Shown here piece by piece: positions 50,101 through 63,490 of a stretch of DNA of 64,000 bases. The notes beneath the pieces are model-generated. The model was not told the origin of the DNA, ran no database searches, and worked only from the letters and a program-made list of their open reading frames with translations. Origin of the DNA: Felis catus (taxonomy: Eukaryota); NCBI RefSeq assembly GCF_018350175.1, contig NC_058384.1, forward strand, positions 38,006,001 through 38,070,000, in the 5' to 3' direction. A program made the position numbers and the translations under genes. Position 1 is the first letter of the stretch; each line of letters begins with the position of its first letter.

Positions 50101-51544
50101 ATTCTCATCCAGAAGGTTGATGAGAGAAAAGTCCGCTTCCAAGATCATCTGGCTGTTGCCAGAATTCATTTCCTAGAGATTGTATGACTGAAGATCCTAG
50201 CTTTGAGTTGGCTGTCAGCAGGAGACTGCCCTCAGTTCCTTTGGACAGCCTTTTATTCCTCAGTATGGCTGCTACTTTCATCATGCCAGCAAGGAGAGTC
50301 TTTTATCCCAGTCTGCTAAAACAGAGTCTTATATAACAGAATATAATCACAGGAATAGCATCTCATCACCTTTGCCATATTCTGTTAGTTAGAAGAAAGT
50401 CACAAGTCCTGCCTACACTCAACGGTAAGGGGTTATACAGGGTATGAACATGGGGGCCGCCCTAGGGGTAATCTGCCATAGGCCCTATGGCAGCAACTAT
50501 TTATATCCTTCCCGCAGGCAAAATACATACACTACTCCTAAGATCCAAGAGTCTCTTATGCATCAGCATAAAGCCCTAAATCTTACCTTCTAAATCACGT
50601 GCAGGCGGAATAAGATCCCTGGTTGTAGGAATTTTCAAGTCATCAAATCTTGGTTCCTTTTTGTTTAACAGTTCTTCCCTCAATTTCTTTTTCTCCTCTT
50701 GCATTTTACTATAAGCAGCGAAGAGAGACCATCCCTCATCCCTTTGCTTGTAAATCTAATTTTAGTATTTTCAAGGTCTGCCATCCCTGCAACAGCAGGA
50801 GACAATTTCACTAAGTTTTCTACTATATAACAAGGATCTCCATTCTTGCAATAACATGTTCCCCACTGCCTTCTGAGCCCCACACTGTCAGCATTCTAAA
50901 GTCTAAGTTTCTGTAAACAATCTCTTCAAGGTGAATTAGGGTTCTCTATCATGCTCCTCAGGATTCTACCTATATATAGGTATTTGTCATAATAACACTC
51001 CACTTCCAGAAGTCCAAATCTGTATTTGTTTTCTATCGCTGTGTGACAAATTACAACAAATAGAACAGCTTAAAACACCCACACATTTATTATTTCACAG
51101 TGTCCATGAACCAACCACTTAACTGGGTCCCCTGCTCAGTCTCACAGGTTGCAATCAATGTGTCAGCTGGGCTTTATTTTATCTGAAGGCTCCACTGGAA
51201 AAGAATCCACTTCCAAACTCATTCAGGTTGTTAGTAGAATCTACCTCCTTGCTGTCATATGACAGAGAGACAGACTGTCAGCTGCAGGCCACCATCAGGT
51301 TTGAAGACATTTGCTACTGCAGGGGCTATTTGCAGTCCCATGCCACATGAGCTTCCTCAACATAGCCGCTTATTTCATCAACCTAAGAGGAATCTCTTGC
51401 TCCGGTCAGCTAAGACAGAATCTTCTATAACCTAATGTGATCACAGGAATCATAACGCATCACCACTTTCTGATTCTCTTGATTAGAAGCAAGTCACAGG
51501 TCCTCTCAACACTCACGGGTAGGGACCCCTCTGGGTCTGTCACA
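50101..51544 (-). mobile_element. MaLR provirus remnant: 5' LTR (51021-51544), deleted internal region (50481-51020), truncated 3' LTR (50101-50480); MLT1E/F-like
   Basis: The two LTRs align (aatcacaggaatagcatctcatcacc..ttagaagaaagtcacaagtcct vs gatcacaggaatcataacgcatcacc..ttagaagcaagtcacaggtcct); the internal minus strand starts gatttggacttctggaagtggagtg..ggctcagaaggcagtggggaacatgttattg, as in MLT1-int. Confidence 0.8.
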
Positions 51545-51626
51545 GCACACTTCTCCTTCATTCTTTTACTGTCATTGTTGGTACTCTGTTACTAGGGAAC
51601 AAGTACTTTGCATAAGTAAAAAAAGT

Positions 51627-51981
51627 TATCTCAGTCCATTCAAGGTACTGTAACAGTTTACCATAGACTGAGTAACTCATAAACAAAAGAAATGTATTTC
51701 TCACAATTCTGGATGCTGTAAGTCCAAGATCAGGATGCCAGCATGGTTGGGTTGTAATGAGAAACTGCTTCCTGGTTCACAGCTGTCTTCTTGCTATGTC
51801 CTGACATGGCAGGAAGGAGGAGTTCTCTGGGGTCTCTTTTAGAAGGGCGCTCATCCCTTTCATAAGGTCTCTACCCTAATCATCTAATCACCTCCCAAAA
51901 GCTCTACCTCCTAATACCATCATATTGGGGTTAGGATTGCAACATATGAAATTTGGAGAAACACAAACATTGTCTCTAGCA
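51627..51981 (-). mobile_element. MaLR solo LTR (MLT1A-like)
   Basis: tatctcagtccattc..tttctcacaattctggatgctgtaagtccaagatcagg..aatcacctcccaaaagc..caacatatgaatttgg. Confidence 0.85.
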
Positions 51982-52484
51982 GAAAGCATAAAGAAGGGAA
52001 TTGAAATTGGAATCTCCTTTTTCTTCCTTGAAATCTCTAGAGATAAAGTTAAAACTACAAGAAAAATATGTTTATTGTCTGAAGTATGATAGCTCTCTGT
52101 GTTGTCCGTATGTCCCATCACCGCAGGCAGCAGAGTCAACTACATTCAGTTTCAAGAAGTTGAATAAAAGACATCATAATCAGTACAGGTTGTGAGTCAC
52201 ACCGTTCAAAGTATCATTAGGACGTTGCATATATATCCTCCATAAAGAAGAGAAAGCAGCTTTATTGGCTAAGGATTCAGTTTCCTATGTTTACCATAAA
52301 AATTATCTGGGTAGAAATAGATATACTGTTAAAGCACAACTAATGACTATAAAGAATCAAATATGTTTGGGGTCCAATTATGTTTCTCAAAGGTACTACC
52401 CAAAATAAAATGCCCATTAGAAACCAAGAAATTGAATTTCAGTTCTTGAACATCAATGATAATTTAGGTGTTAGCTTAACTTTT

Positions 52485-52726
52485 GGAGTGCCTGGGTGGC
52501 TCAGTAGGTTGAGCGGCCGACTTTGGCTCAGGTCATGAACTCACCGATAGTGGGTTCAAGCCCTGCATCAGGCTCTGTGCTGACAGCTGAGGGCCTGGAG
52601 CCTGCTTTGGATTCTGTGTCCCTCTCTCTCTGTTGCTTCCCCACTTGATCTCCTTCTCTCTCTCTCTCTCTCTTTCTCTCTCTCAAAAATAAATAAAGAT
52701 TACAAAAAAAAAAAAGAAGAAGGAGC
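52485..52726 (+). mobile_element. CanSINE
   Basis: SINEC body; TSD tagcttaactttt (52472-52484, 52727-52739). Confidence 0.94.
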
Positions 52727-54084
52727 TAGCTTAACTTTTAACATTTGTTTAAAAGCCCAAGGTAAGACTTATTTTAGAACTGTTCTTTGCTTTTGGAAGA
52801 TAAAGCATAAAGCATCAAGATGATAGCAGAATAGCCTTTCAGGGCGGACTTCCTTTCTGCTGTTTACATGGTTAACTTCCTGTCTAGAACCTGATAAAGG
52901 GCAGGTCTGGGTGGTTGGTAATTGTTAGCACACTCTTTCCCCAATTCCTTCTCCCTTTCTTCATTCATCTAACATTTATTGGGCAAATTTTATTCCTGGT
53001 GACATCTAGTAAAACATTTTCCACAAAGAATATCTGAAATTGGTGCCCTCAGCTGTCCCTCCAGGTGTCATTGTATGGTAGTTTCTGTGCCATATCCTAA
53101 GTTTTCTTAGCAGAAAAGTTTCATATCACCAATAGTTTCTGTTTTAGCATTTTATTGTTTTGCGAAGAAACACCTGCCATCCTAGCTCTTGAGTGGAACA
53201 CTGATATCAGGGTTAGATGTTCTCAAATATCATTGCTGATTACTTGATCGTATTGAAATATCTGGTCTAAGTTCAAAAGACTTTGGTAAGTAATTTTTAA
53301 AGTACAAAATTGTCAACACAAAATCGTGCATGTGATAGTTCTTTCACTGTTTTGTGCCACATAATTTTTTTCTAACAAGACTGCAAATGCCAAATGTCTT
53401 TGTAGGCACAGGCCACGTCTTATTCTTATTTGAGCAATGATAGGCACTTAGTAGGCCCTCAAAAATGCATCTATTGATAGAATGAATCTCTAACGTTCAC
53501 TCACTTGTTTCTACTCTTAATTGTAGAACTAAATCCACAGTCACATTGGAAATTCTTTGAAATATATAACATTCTTTTTTTGACAGAGTGATCACTTCAG
53601 TGGTTGATTGACTTCAAAGTAGAATAATGAAGTACAGTACAAATCTCCTAATCCAGCCTTGCAATTATAGTGTTTCATATAGTATTAACACTCTATCACT
53701 AGAAAATCCCCAGGCAATAATGACTAATAAGGAAGGCATTTCCTGGCAGCTAATGATCAGCATGGAGGAGCTTGCTCTTGACACAAAGCCAGCAGCCCTC
53801 AACCCAGCTGGCTACTACCTAAACCGGACATGCCAGGCCTCCCTCTGAGGTTACTGTGTATTTATTTATAAACTGTTAGTATGGTAACAAGAAATGGAAA
53901 ATGAAGTAATGTTTAGGTGCTGTAAGTTGAAAGTATCTGTGGGTATATGGCACATTCTTAGGACACATTTTTCTCCCTCTGCATGAATAATATGATATAT
54001 AGTCAATATTTAGGACTTTGAACATTAAATTAAGTACACTTTGGGAAGTATACAGGAGGTTTAAAGGAGATACCAACAACAACA

Positions 54085-54325
54085 ATATAGCTAGCACGCA
54101 CTGAGCATTTCAAGGTGCCAAAGTCTATGATAAGCACTTTATATGCATTAATTGATTGAATCCTTAGAGTGGCTCTACAAAGTAGGTACTATTATTGCAA
54201 AAGAAGAAACTGAGGCACAGAGAGAAGAAGGCAACTTATTCCAAATCCATAAGTAGTAAACAGTAAAGTTTGGATTTAAGGCAATGAGGTCCAATCAGAT
54301 CTCTTGATGCTAACTGCCATTTTAT
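54085..54325 (-). mobile_element. MIR
   Basis: atagctagcac..actgagcat..gtgccaaag..taagcactttatatgcatta..gaagaaactgaggcacagagag. Confidence 0.8.
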
Positions 54326-55597
54326 ATTATTACAACTCCAACAATAGCAAAACAAAACAAAAACACTTAAGCCATTATTAACAAATTGTGAAAAACGAAA
54401 AATCTTGAATGCACTATATTATATTATTTACATATAAGATGGCCTCAAATTTTTCAATAGGAAAATATCTGGAAGTGATGAAAATGTAATTCATTTAACT
54501 TATATATCACCCAACAAATGAGACAAAATAAACACTTTTTTATTTAAGAAAAAAACTGTCATTTTGCTATATTAATTTTTCCAGAAACATACAATTAAAA
54601 TTTCTAAGAAAGAATAAAGAGAAATTATATTAGGAGGTATAAAGGAAGTTTTTATTTCCAGAAACATATCCCTTACTGTCTGGAAACCTTCTTTAACCTT
54701 CTTACTGCAATACTGTCCACTAATTGGAAATTCACTTGAGTTACCAAATTTCCATTATTGAAATGCAAGTGTCCCTAGAGAGTCAAGATAGTCTCCTCAT
54801 TAGTTACTCACACCAAGGTAAAAATTATTTCAATGAGCTTTCTCTTAATATCTAGCTTAATGTCTAGCCCGGGGTAATTTGAGTTGTAAATGGTAATTGG
54901 AATGGGGAGTGGGGAGCTCAGTCATATTGGAACCTGAGAATTTGAGTTGTAGAGGCTTTGAACTCGAGTTGTAGGTACCCCATCCCAGCAGAGCGTCAAG
55001 CAGGAATTAGAAAATAGATACAAATCAAAACCTGGAGATTAGAGGGAAGGCTTTTTTTTTTTCATATCTGCAGCATTGTGACTTCCAAATACATTTAAAA
55101 GCAAGGGTTTATACATACTCCAGACTCTAAGCATTGGGAAACAGGTGACAGCAGTGTCACTGGACTGAAAAGGTCTCCTACAACTTGGCCTGGCACTGCT
55201 GGAGTCGAGCCAAAGCCCAGGTCCGCATTCTCTCCAGGCCCCTCCACAGTGCCCTCTGCCACCTGCCACCTGCTACCACCTGTCAGGTGTTCTCAGCTGA
55301 GCTGCTTTCAGGTCCATAATAGTTGGCATTTGAGTTCAGTATCTAAGGAACTATGTTGACCTTTCTCTGTGTCTGGGGTGCATTTTATTGCATAAAAAAA
55401 TTTCAAAACAGTCTTACCTTGACTCAGAGCATTCTACACGTATGGCACAGGGATTTTTTTTTTTTACCTAAATAGGGCATGGGGCATAGGGTATAATGCA
55501 AATACATTCGGGTCTCTGTGTTTACTGGTGTGGTGTAGCACAGAGAAGGACCAGTCTCCTGACATTAATAATGTTTTAGCTACAGGGCTACTACTTG

Positions 55598-56063
55598 CTG
55601 GTTCTTAACCTTTCCTCTGCAACCACATACCTAATGGATGAGGCTCACATGCACATCACTGGCCTGTGGGCATACTGGACTTAAAAATAAATAAACTGAG
55701 CAAACACTTTTATATTAGAGGTAAAATGTAATGACTATACAACAGTTATCGGTACACTGGTATTGATAAGTCTGTGCTGTGGCAGAGCAGAGAGAAGCTG
55801 ATTGCAGGCTGTGGGGAGCTCCTTGACAACACTACAGTGACATCATTCTTTTAAGAAGAAAATACTCACCGCATGTGGGTAGGTTATAGGATCAACTTCA
55901 AACTCTGTTATATTTTTTACAAGTCGATATGACATATTTTTATATTATGTTAGTCATTTGAATACTGTATTAAGAAGTAACAAATTAGGAAAATATAGAA
56001 ATATACCCTTCGCAAGCGATTGCGACTCAACAGCATATTATGCCCCATCATTTTAAATCACTG
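55598..56063. mobile_element. Possible old hAT-Charlie-type DNA transposon
   Basis: Ends ctggttcttaaccttt ... ttttaaatcactg resemble degenerate hAT terminal inverted repeats; family not recognised. Confidence 0.3.
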
Positions 56064-56164
56064 TGCCAACAAGTTTAAAGACCAGCACCAAATCCAATGT
56101 GGATTACTTCTTTATCTCAGAAAGTGTAAAGTAATCCAGAATTAATCAGTTTGGGGTTGGTAAT

Positions 56165-56559
56165 TGTTTTAGGCTACATTGCACCTCTCCCAAAAATGAA
56201 TGTTAAAATCCTAATGCCCCAGTACCTCAGAATGTGGCTGTATCTAGGGCCTTTATTAAAGATGTAATTAAGGTAAATAGGTCATATGCGGAGGGGGCCC
56301 CTAGTTCAGGATGACTGAATGAAGTGTTCTTATGAGAAGAGAAGGTTAGAACACAGACACAGAGGGAAAGCTATGTGAAGACACAGGGAGAAGATGACCG
56401 TCGACAAGTCAAGAAGAGAGGCCTCAGAGGAGAGCAACCGGGCTGACACTTTGATCTTGAACTTCCAGCCTACAGAACTGTGAGGGAAAAAAAAAATTCT
56501 GTTGTTTAAGCTACGCAGTCTGTGGTGCTTTGTTACGGCAGCCCTAGCCCACAAATATA
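56165..56559 (+). mobile_element. MaLR solo LTR (MLT1B-like)
   Basis: aatcctaatgccccagtacctcagaatgtggctgtat..ttgatcttgaacttccagcctacagaactgtgag..ttgttacggcagccctagc; TSD gtaat/gttat. Confidence 0.88.
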
Positions 56560-58186
56560 GTTATTGAATCTAATTGACTTAATTTTCCTATTTTCAGATT
56601 CCTGCTCTAGATCTAACACAGTTTACTAATGAAATGTCTAGATTGGGAATCAAATAGCGTGTGCTTTTACTTATCATTTTATTAATTACCTTTGGTAAAC
56701 TAAAAACTTCTCTGGGTGTAAATCACGTCTTCTGCAAAATCACAGTTTGACTAGATTTTGTCTCCCTTTCCAGCTTCAATCAGAACAACCCTACTTGTAT
56801 TAATATTTTATATCATGATCTTATGTAAGACTTCACTTGAAAAAGATGACTTAAATTACTTAAGACATTTCTGAAAGCCACTGAACGAAAAGATCCTTAA
56901 GACCACAGCCAAATTCTACAGTTCCATGTGCCAACCATCTACTCTCATTTCATTGTCATATGGTAATTGCCAGTAATATATTCTGAAACATACAATATAT
57001 ACTTTGTGAATCTATGATAGGGCTGTATAAAGTCATTACTTTAGTTACTTGAGCCCTTTATATCCACTCAGGACTTTATTTCTGAGTTGGGCAATAGGTA
57101 TTTTATAATTCGCCAATAAGTAGAAATTAGATTTTATAGCAGTCCTTCTCATCCTCATGACTAATTCAAGATATATCTGCAGGACTGCCTACTTTTTGTC
57201 AGATGCAAAAAATAATGTAGGCAAGGCAGGCCTTATAGGAGCACCTTACATTTAGGAAAATTGTTTACTCCGTTGTTTTCTGGATTTCATGGCTTTCAAG
57301 CAAAATGCAAAAGTTTGCCCCCTTCTCCAAGATTCTCATCAATTTCCTAAAGCTGTTAATAGTCATAAAATCTAATAAATGTTGCTAGTGGCCTTTTGAA
57401 TCTCACTCAGTAAAGTTTAGATGTGTCTAGGGATGCTTTGTCTTTTTTTTAACCCATTTATCAAGAAGCTCAGCTATGGGGTGAGGACTGGTTTTGAGGA
57501 ACCACTTTGTTTCACAAAGATGGTAATGGGGTGAGGATGGGGAGGTTAGGTAGGCCAGATAAGTGAAGGAACAGAAAAACACTTTATCCTGGGGTGAGGC
57601 TGGAAGCAGTGAGACATGGAAAGGAAAGTGAGGAGGGATAAAAATAGTACTGTGTAGAAATAATCCATAAGGTTATTCAACATCTCAATCTGAATTGTTT
57701 TGATGTATGAGTCTATTTGTGTAAAGAACAACTCTCCAAAGAATAATGACTACATAGATTCAAGTGATGATTCAACATAAAGATCTCTCCTTGAAAAAAT
57801 CTTCCTTAAAACAAATCACTATCGAAAAAAGCTGATTTTTAGAGGTTTTAAAGTTGCTGCTTTGGCTGTGACTCTCACCATCAAAGATTGCCAAGATGCA
57901 AATACAGAGTATCCTATTAAGCACACAAGAGATGTTTTTAATAATTAACGTGCACATATATTTTCTTTTAATTTCTTTTCTAATCTTTCAAAATGTCAAA
58001 CATCTGACAATCCTAGAATAAATCAAAATTCATTTTTTTGTGTGTGGAGATACACTACTTACTGATGAGTGTGAGTTGGAAAAGTATCCCCTGTTGCACA
58101 TGGAAAGGTGGGTGACAGGGCACTTCCTCTGTAGCACTGTTGACATCCCCCACTGCAGCCCGGATCAGCAAAATTACTATTTAACA

Positions 58187-58412
58187 CTTTATTTTACTTT
58201 ACGTTTATTTATTTTTGAGAGATAGAGTGAGACAGAGCATGAGCAGCGGAGGGGCATAGAGACAGGGAAGGAGACACAGAATCCGAAGCAGCCTCCAGGC
58301 TCTGAGCTGTCAGCACGGAGCCCACGCGGGGCTCAAACCCACCAACCGAACCATGAGATCACCACCTGAGCCAAAGTCGGACACTCAAACGACTGAGCCA
58401 CTCAGGCGCCCC
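58187..58412 (-). mobile_element. SINEC_Fc-type CanSINE
   Basis: Reverse SINEC body ending gactgagccactcaggcgcccc; TSD actatttaaca. Confidence 0.94.
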
Positions 58413-60324
58413 AACTATTTAACATTTATACCCACCATCCATCACATGGGATACAAGCATATAAGTTTAAAGGAAGGGATAAATTCTTGCCTCCTTTCTG
58501 CCAGGCATTCACATCCAGATCAATTACACATATTTCCATTTCTCTTCTTAGCTCTGTTCCTCTTCTTTTATACATTTTGTCCATATTTTTCTCACCCATA
58601 ATTGTAGTCTTCTATTACCTGGCTGAGAAACCCTACCAATAAACAGAGCTGCCTCTGGAGAATTCTGCATTTTGGGGTAAACTCCATGCTTTTCCCCAAG
58701 AGTTACACCAGTTTACCCGTGGAGCGTTCACAACAAACTTCAGTGACTCTAAAGGGAAGGCTAAGGACCTCTAACTTCCTCCATCCCCAACCCCCAAACC
58801 TGCCTGGCTATGTCCTGCCCATAATTTTTGGATTGTTATCAGACAGTAAGTCTCTAGAAAGAGGGATCCAGGGTTTGGTGGCCCCTAGCACAATAGGAAC
58901 CAAAAAGAGTAACTGGCAACAAATATCACAGTATTGACAATTAGCAAAAGCTCTTGTTTTCCCATAATGCAAAAGCTACTATTATGAGAGATTTTTATTT
59001 TTTTAACCAAATATTTTTAATCCACAGGCCAGCACTCTGATGGTTGGACATACTAGATTCTACTTCGTGTAAGTCACACTTGTGTCTTTACATATTTAAA
59101 TATGTGTTCAAGTCTCCACTTTGTCATAATTTAGTAGTACTTCTGCCAGACTCTGAAGAACTGTGATCACATTACACTGGAATCAGAAGTATGAATGGGT
59201 TGCAATTCATTATTTTCTAGTTACCAGGTTTCATATTTCTTCTTAGGCAGTCTCTAAATAATTGTGTATTCTTTTAAATTCAATATTTAGTCTGGTACTC
59301 CCTAATCCTGCCTTGTTGGAAGGTGCATTGGCGGGGGGTGTGGGTGAGGGGGGAAGTTGATCATATTATGTCTCAGACCATTTGAAAAAGTAGAAGACAT
59401 CACTTCCATTTAGGATACATCCACCATATGCTGCCTGATAACATTTTTTAATTACTTAATCCCCTTTCAGAAACAGTGAGCTTAACTTCTCAATTTGCAA
59501 AATTAGAGGCTTTGCATTCCAATTAGGAATTAAACCAGTTATTCCTTTATTTACTTACTGGCATGTTTTGATTTCAAACTAATTTAGACTACACTATTTT
59601 TGATTGATTACTAGTATCACATATAAATTAAAATGCTTACAGAAGAATAAGGGGAAATAGGAAATGTGTTATCTCCCAAGTTGAGTTATAAAACTATATA
59701 TAGCTCTATTCCATCTCTCTATATCTATCTACTCATGGTCTAATTAATTATCAAAAGTAAGATGCAATTACTGTATCTTGGTTTTTTCATATATTACAAA
59801 AGGCATCATTAACTCAGAATTTTGTTCATTAAAACTAAGTACATATATCTTACCAAATAAAATTTTGAAATATTTTTTCAAAACTCAATTGTAAAAACCA
59901 CAGCCTATAGTTGAATGCAATGTTTGCAATCAAAGATTCAATATAGTAATTATTTCCTAAATGTTGTTCCTGTGATTTGTGTTGCTTCTTGAAAATTTGA
60001 AGAAAATAATATCTTATATAATGTATATCTATGAAACAGATGTTCAATAACTGATTTAAATTTGTTAGTACATATTTTGTAGTTTAAGCTAAATAATATT
60101 CTTGGAAATTATAAAATACATTTCATTAAATATATTCCCTTATCCATCCTTATCTGCATAGTCCACTGTCAATCTTCTAAATCAGTGTGATTTTATTAGA
60201 GTTATACACCAAAGACATTCGCTTTCATAACATAGTGAACTCTGAGCTGTAGAATTTTGTCTTAAAGTTAACCTTCTGAAAATATCATGTAGTTCCTATG
60301 CTCCAGTCTTTCTATCCACTTTTT

Positions 60325-60810
60325 CATTTATTCATCCAACTATTATTTGCCCAGTTTCCATTATATACACAACTCTACTAATTTTGGGAAGTATCCACAG
60401 AAAAAAAGTTGATGATCTTGGTCAATGTTCTTGTAACTTGGCAGGAAAGATGTGTTCATACCTAATCATAATACAAATTAGATAGTAACTGGTATCAGTA
60501 AGGTTCTGTATGAATTTAGATGAGCTCCAAAGGTCGAGGCTCAGAAGGAAATGAAGAAAGGCTTGGCAGAGGAGGTAGTATCTGAAGTGAGACTTCCGAT
60601 CTGTACAGGCAGAAGTAGCGATAAGAAAACAGTTCAGGAAAGACATGAGCAACATCAAAAAGAGAGGAAACTTGTGTCACATGGAGAAAATAAAAAGCCA
60701 TTCATTTGGCTGTGGTTCATGAAGAAGAGGCATGGAAAGTACACCTGGAAAGTTTGGAATGGATGGTTCAGGGTCCTTCATGCCTGTCTAAGGTACCTGG
60801 ACTTTTATGA
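60325..60810 (-). mobile_element. L2 3' fragment, decayed
   Basis: catttattcatccaactattattt; gaagaaaggcttggcagaggaggtagtatctgaagtgagactt. Confidence 0.55.
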
Positions 60811-63028
60811 CTACCCACACCAGACACAAGCTCCTACCTTTGGCTTTGAGTGTCCTACAAGACTTAGTCTTGACCAACTTTTCCAACAGTGCTTATAGTT
60901 GCTCAATTGATGCCTACTGATTTACATTGAAAGTAAATCCCCAACTGTGCATTCCCACGTTCTCTCCAGATGCTGTGTGTTACTTAGCTTTCTACACACG
61001 TAGCTTGAGATCTCTAGTTCTGTGTGTTTGCTCACACAGTTTACTCCATTTGTTGCTTCCTGTCCATCCTGTGTGTTAACATGCTCTTTTCCTCATCATT
61101 CATAGTTCATTCTATATCCCCCAACTAGAAATAAACCTTATCTTCTTTGTATTCTCAATCATTTTTCCAACAGCATTTGTGAAATCCTGCAATATGAATA
61201 TATTTCTAACTTCTCTATGATTATAAATCCTTAAAAATGCAAAGAGGAAGAGATTTGTCATGCTGTCACTGAGTTTCAATGAAATTGCACCAATGGCTAA
61301 CGATTAAACACCAGAGAATAAAAAAAAAAAAAAAGATTGGTCTATAGCTACTATGAAATGAACAGCACAGAGACTACGAGCACCAGGGAGGAGAACAAAT
61401 GTCTCAACCACTCACATGGTTGGCAGACTCAATAAGTGTACAAGGAAAGCTCTGTGCCATGTTTTAAACCTTCTAGGGAAATTAAAAGCTGCACTATGGA
61501 AACATAAGAACTTTATAAAAGAATCCTGAAACTATCAGCTAGCTCCTCCTGGAAGGAGGAGCAAAAAGTAATCAAAGAAGTCAAAGAAATTCTACAATTC
61601 TGCAACTTAAATTCATCTGAAGCTAGTGGGTGAGTAGTTTCTTGCAAGTCTGCTCTATGAACTCTATCTTTCTTGAGATATTTTTTCATTGCCTGTGCCA
61701 GGAAACTGGAAAAACGTTTAACTTACTACAACTGATTGATCCAAAAGTGTGGCAAGGGTCCTGCTATCCAAAAATACCAGGTGAAATAGCAGACTGCCAG
61801 ATACGCACAGCTGGATATGTTTCGCCTCTTCTGGGTCGTCCAAGTTTACCACATGTCAGTTCAGCAATTTAGGGTGGATTGGAGATAATCCAGTAGAAAG
61901 AAAGGGAAAGTTGTGTTGGTTGCTGTCTGCAGAAGTTCTCCTTGTGTTCTTAATTCATCTCTTTCTCAGATGTTTGTGGTTTGTTTGTCTTTTCAGCTGT
62001 GGCAGTGGTTAATACTGTTGATGGGAAAATAATTTGTCCAACCTGGGCAGATCTTTTAAAGTTGTAAGTTTACTGAATGTTAATCTGCAGGTGCCCAAAT
62101 ATTAGCTATTTGAAAATCTGTGTCACCATTGCATAAACTCTTAAGATTTGCATCTATCAATGAGATTTGCCAGGTTTTTTTTTAATCCTTTACTACCCAC
62201 TCAGAGTGGCTAAATTTAGATTTGTTCCACTGTCTGCTCTACTCATTTAAATAACTGCGATTGCAAGTTAACCTGCAAACTAAAGATCCATAATAGGGTG
62301 CTTATTTAGATCAAGCTGTTTTAAATGTGTATAAGAAATATGGGTATTCTAAGAGTCCCTCAGAAGATAACGGCAAGGCCAAATTTGGAGAACAAGGGAA
62401 AACTACCTTGTTTACTCCTGCCCCAGGCCTGGATGGTTCCATTTGCTTATAGTTCCTGGATGGAAATATTAATCTATTTCACAGGATATTCAATCTCTTT
62501 ATCCAATCAAAACTAACCGAAAATGTTTTGCCGCATTCCTATCTAACACTTACCCTTCCTGCCTCGAGAAAATCTAACATTGCCTCTTTCTAGTCTTTCA
62601 GAGTTGTAAGCATCAAATAATAATGCTAGTGTTTAGTTGTGTATCTAAAGCTTACAGTAGCTTATTTGCTGTTCTGACATAAGGGATATAGAAACGGGTT
62701 GGGGCTTGAGACGAGCACTGGACTAGGAGTCAACTTACTTTGCTGTCTTGCCATGAGCCAACTGTACACACTTGGGCAAGATATTTCATCTGTATAGGGT
62801 TAAAGATCTCTCAGATCTAACCACTTTCCTTCATTGTCCCTGACAACAGGCACAGAGAAGTATAGTCCTCTTCTGTTTTTGAAGCTTCCCACATAAAAAA
62901 GTGAAGACACATCCAAAGAGTTATAAACATTTTAAAACAGTTTAATGTTTATACTTAAATAAATAAACCTAACACACCTAAAACAATGTACTGACTCTTT
63001 GTATGACTTCATTTAAAAATAACATCAA

Positions 63029-63230
63029 GGGGCTCTAGATGGCTCAGTTGGTTAAGCGTCTGACTTTGGCTCAGGTCATGCTCTCATAGCTCGTGGGTTC
63101 CAGCCCGGCATCAGGCTCTGTGCTGATAGCTCAGAGCCTGGAGCCTGTTTCAGATTCTGTCTCTCTGCCTGTTCCTGCTCACATTCTGTCTCTTTCTCTC
63201 ACTCAGAAATAAATAAACATTTAAAAAATT
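63029..63230 (+). mobile_element. CanSINE
   Basis: ggggctctagatggctcagttggttaagcgtctgactttggctcaggtcatg; flanks aaaaataaca. Confidence 0.93.
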
Positions 63231-63490
63231 AAAAATAACACTTAAAGTCTAAAAATGTAGGCTCTTTGTGAATGTGACTTTGGCAAGTGGCTACTCCACT
63301 TGGACCTCAGTTTTGGCCTTACCTCTGCTGACTCCTTTGTCTTCACCTGGGTTGCTAATTTGTAATTGTACTGCCTGAATCTAGTCTTTTCTCCATGTTA
63401 GATCCATCCCTGATTGTGACACAATCAGCCTAATATAAATGTGTTTGACATTCTCCATTTTATACCCTAGTACTCAATCAATATAAACAC

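Noticed and set aside
54878-54975. gagttgta occurring three times
   Set aside because: Short, irregularly spaced and without a recognisable motif; compatible with chance or local slippage.
60551-60898. 115-aa ATG ORF
   Set aside because: Overlaps purine-rich antisense L2 sequence; no homology recognised.
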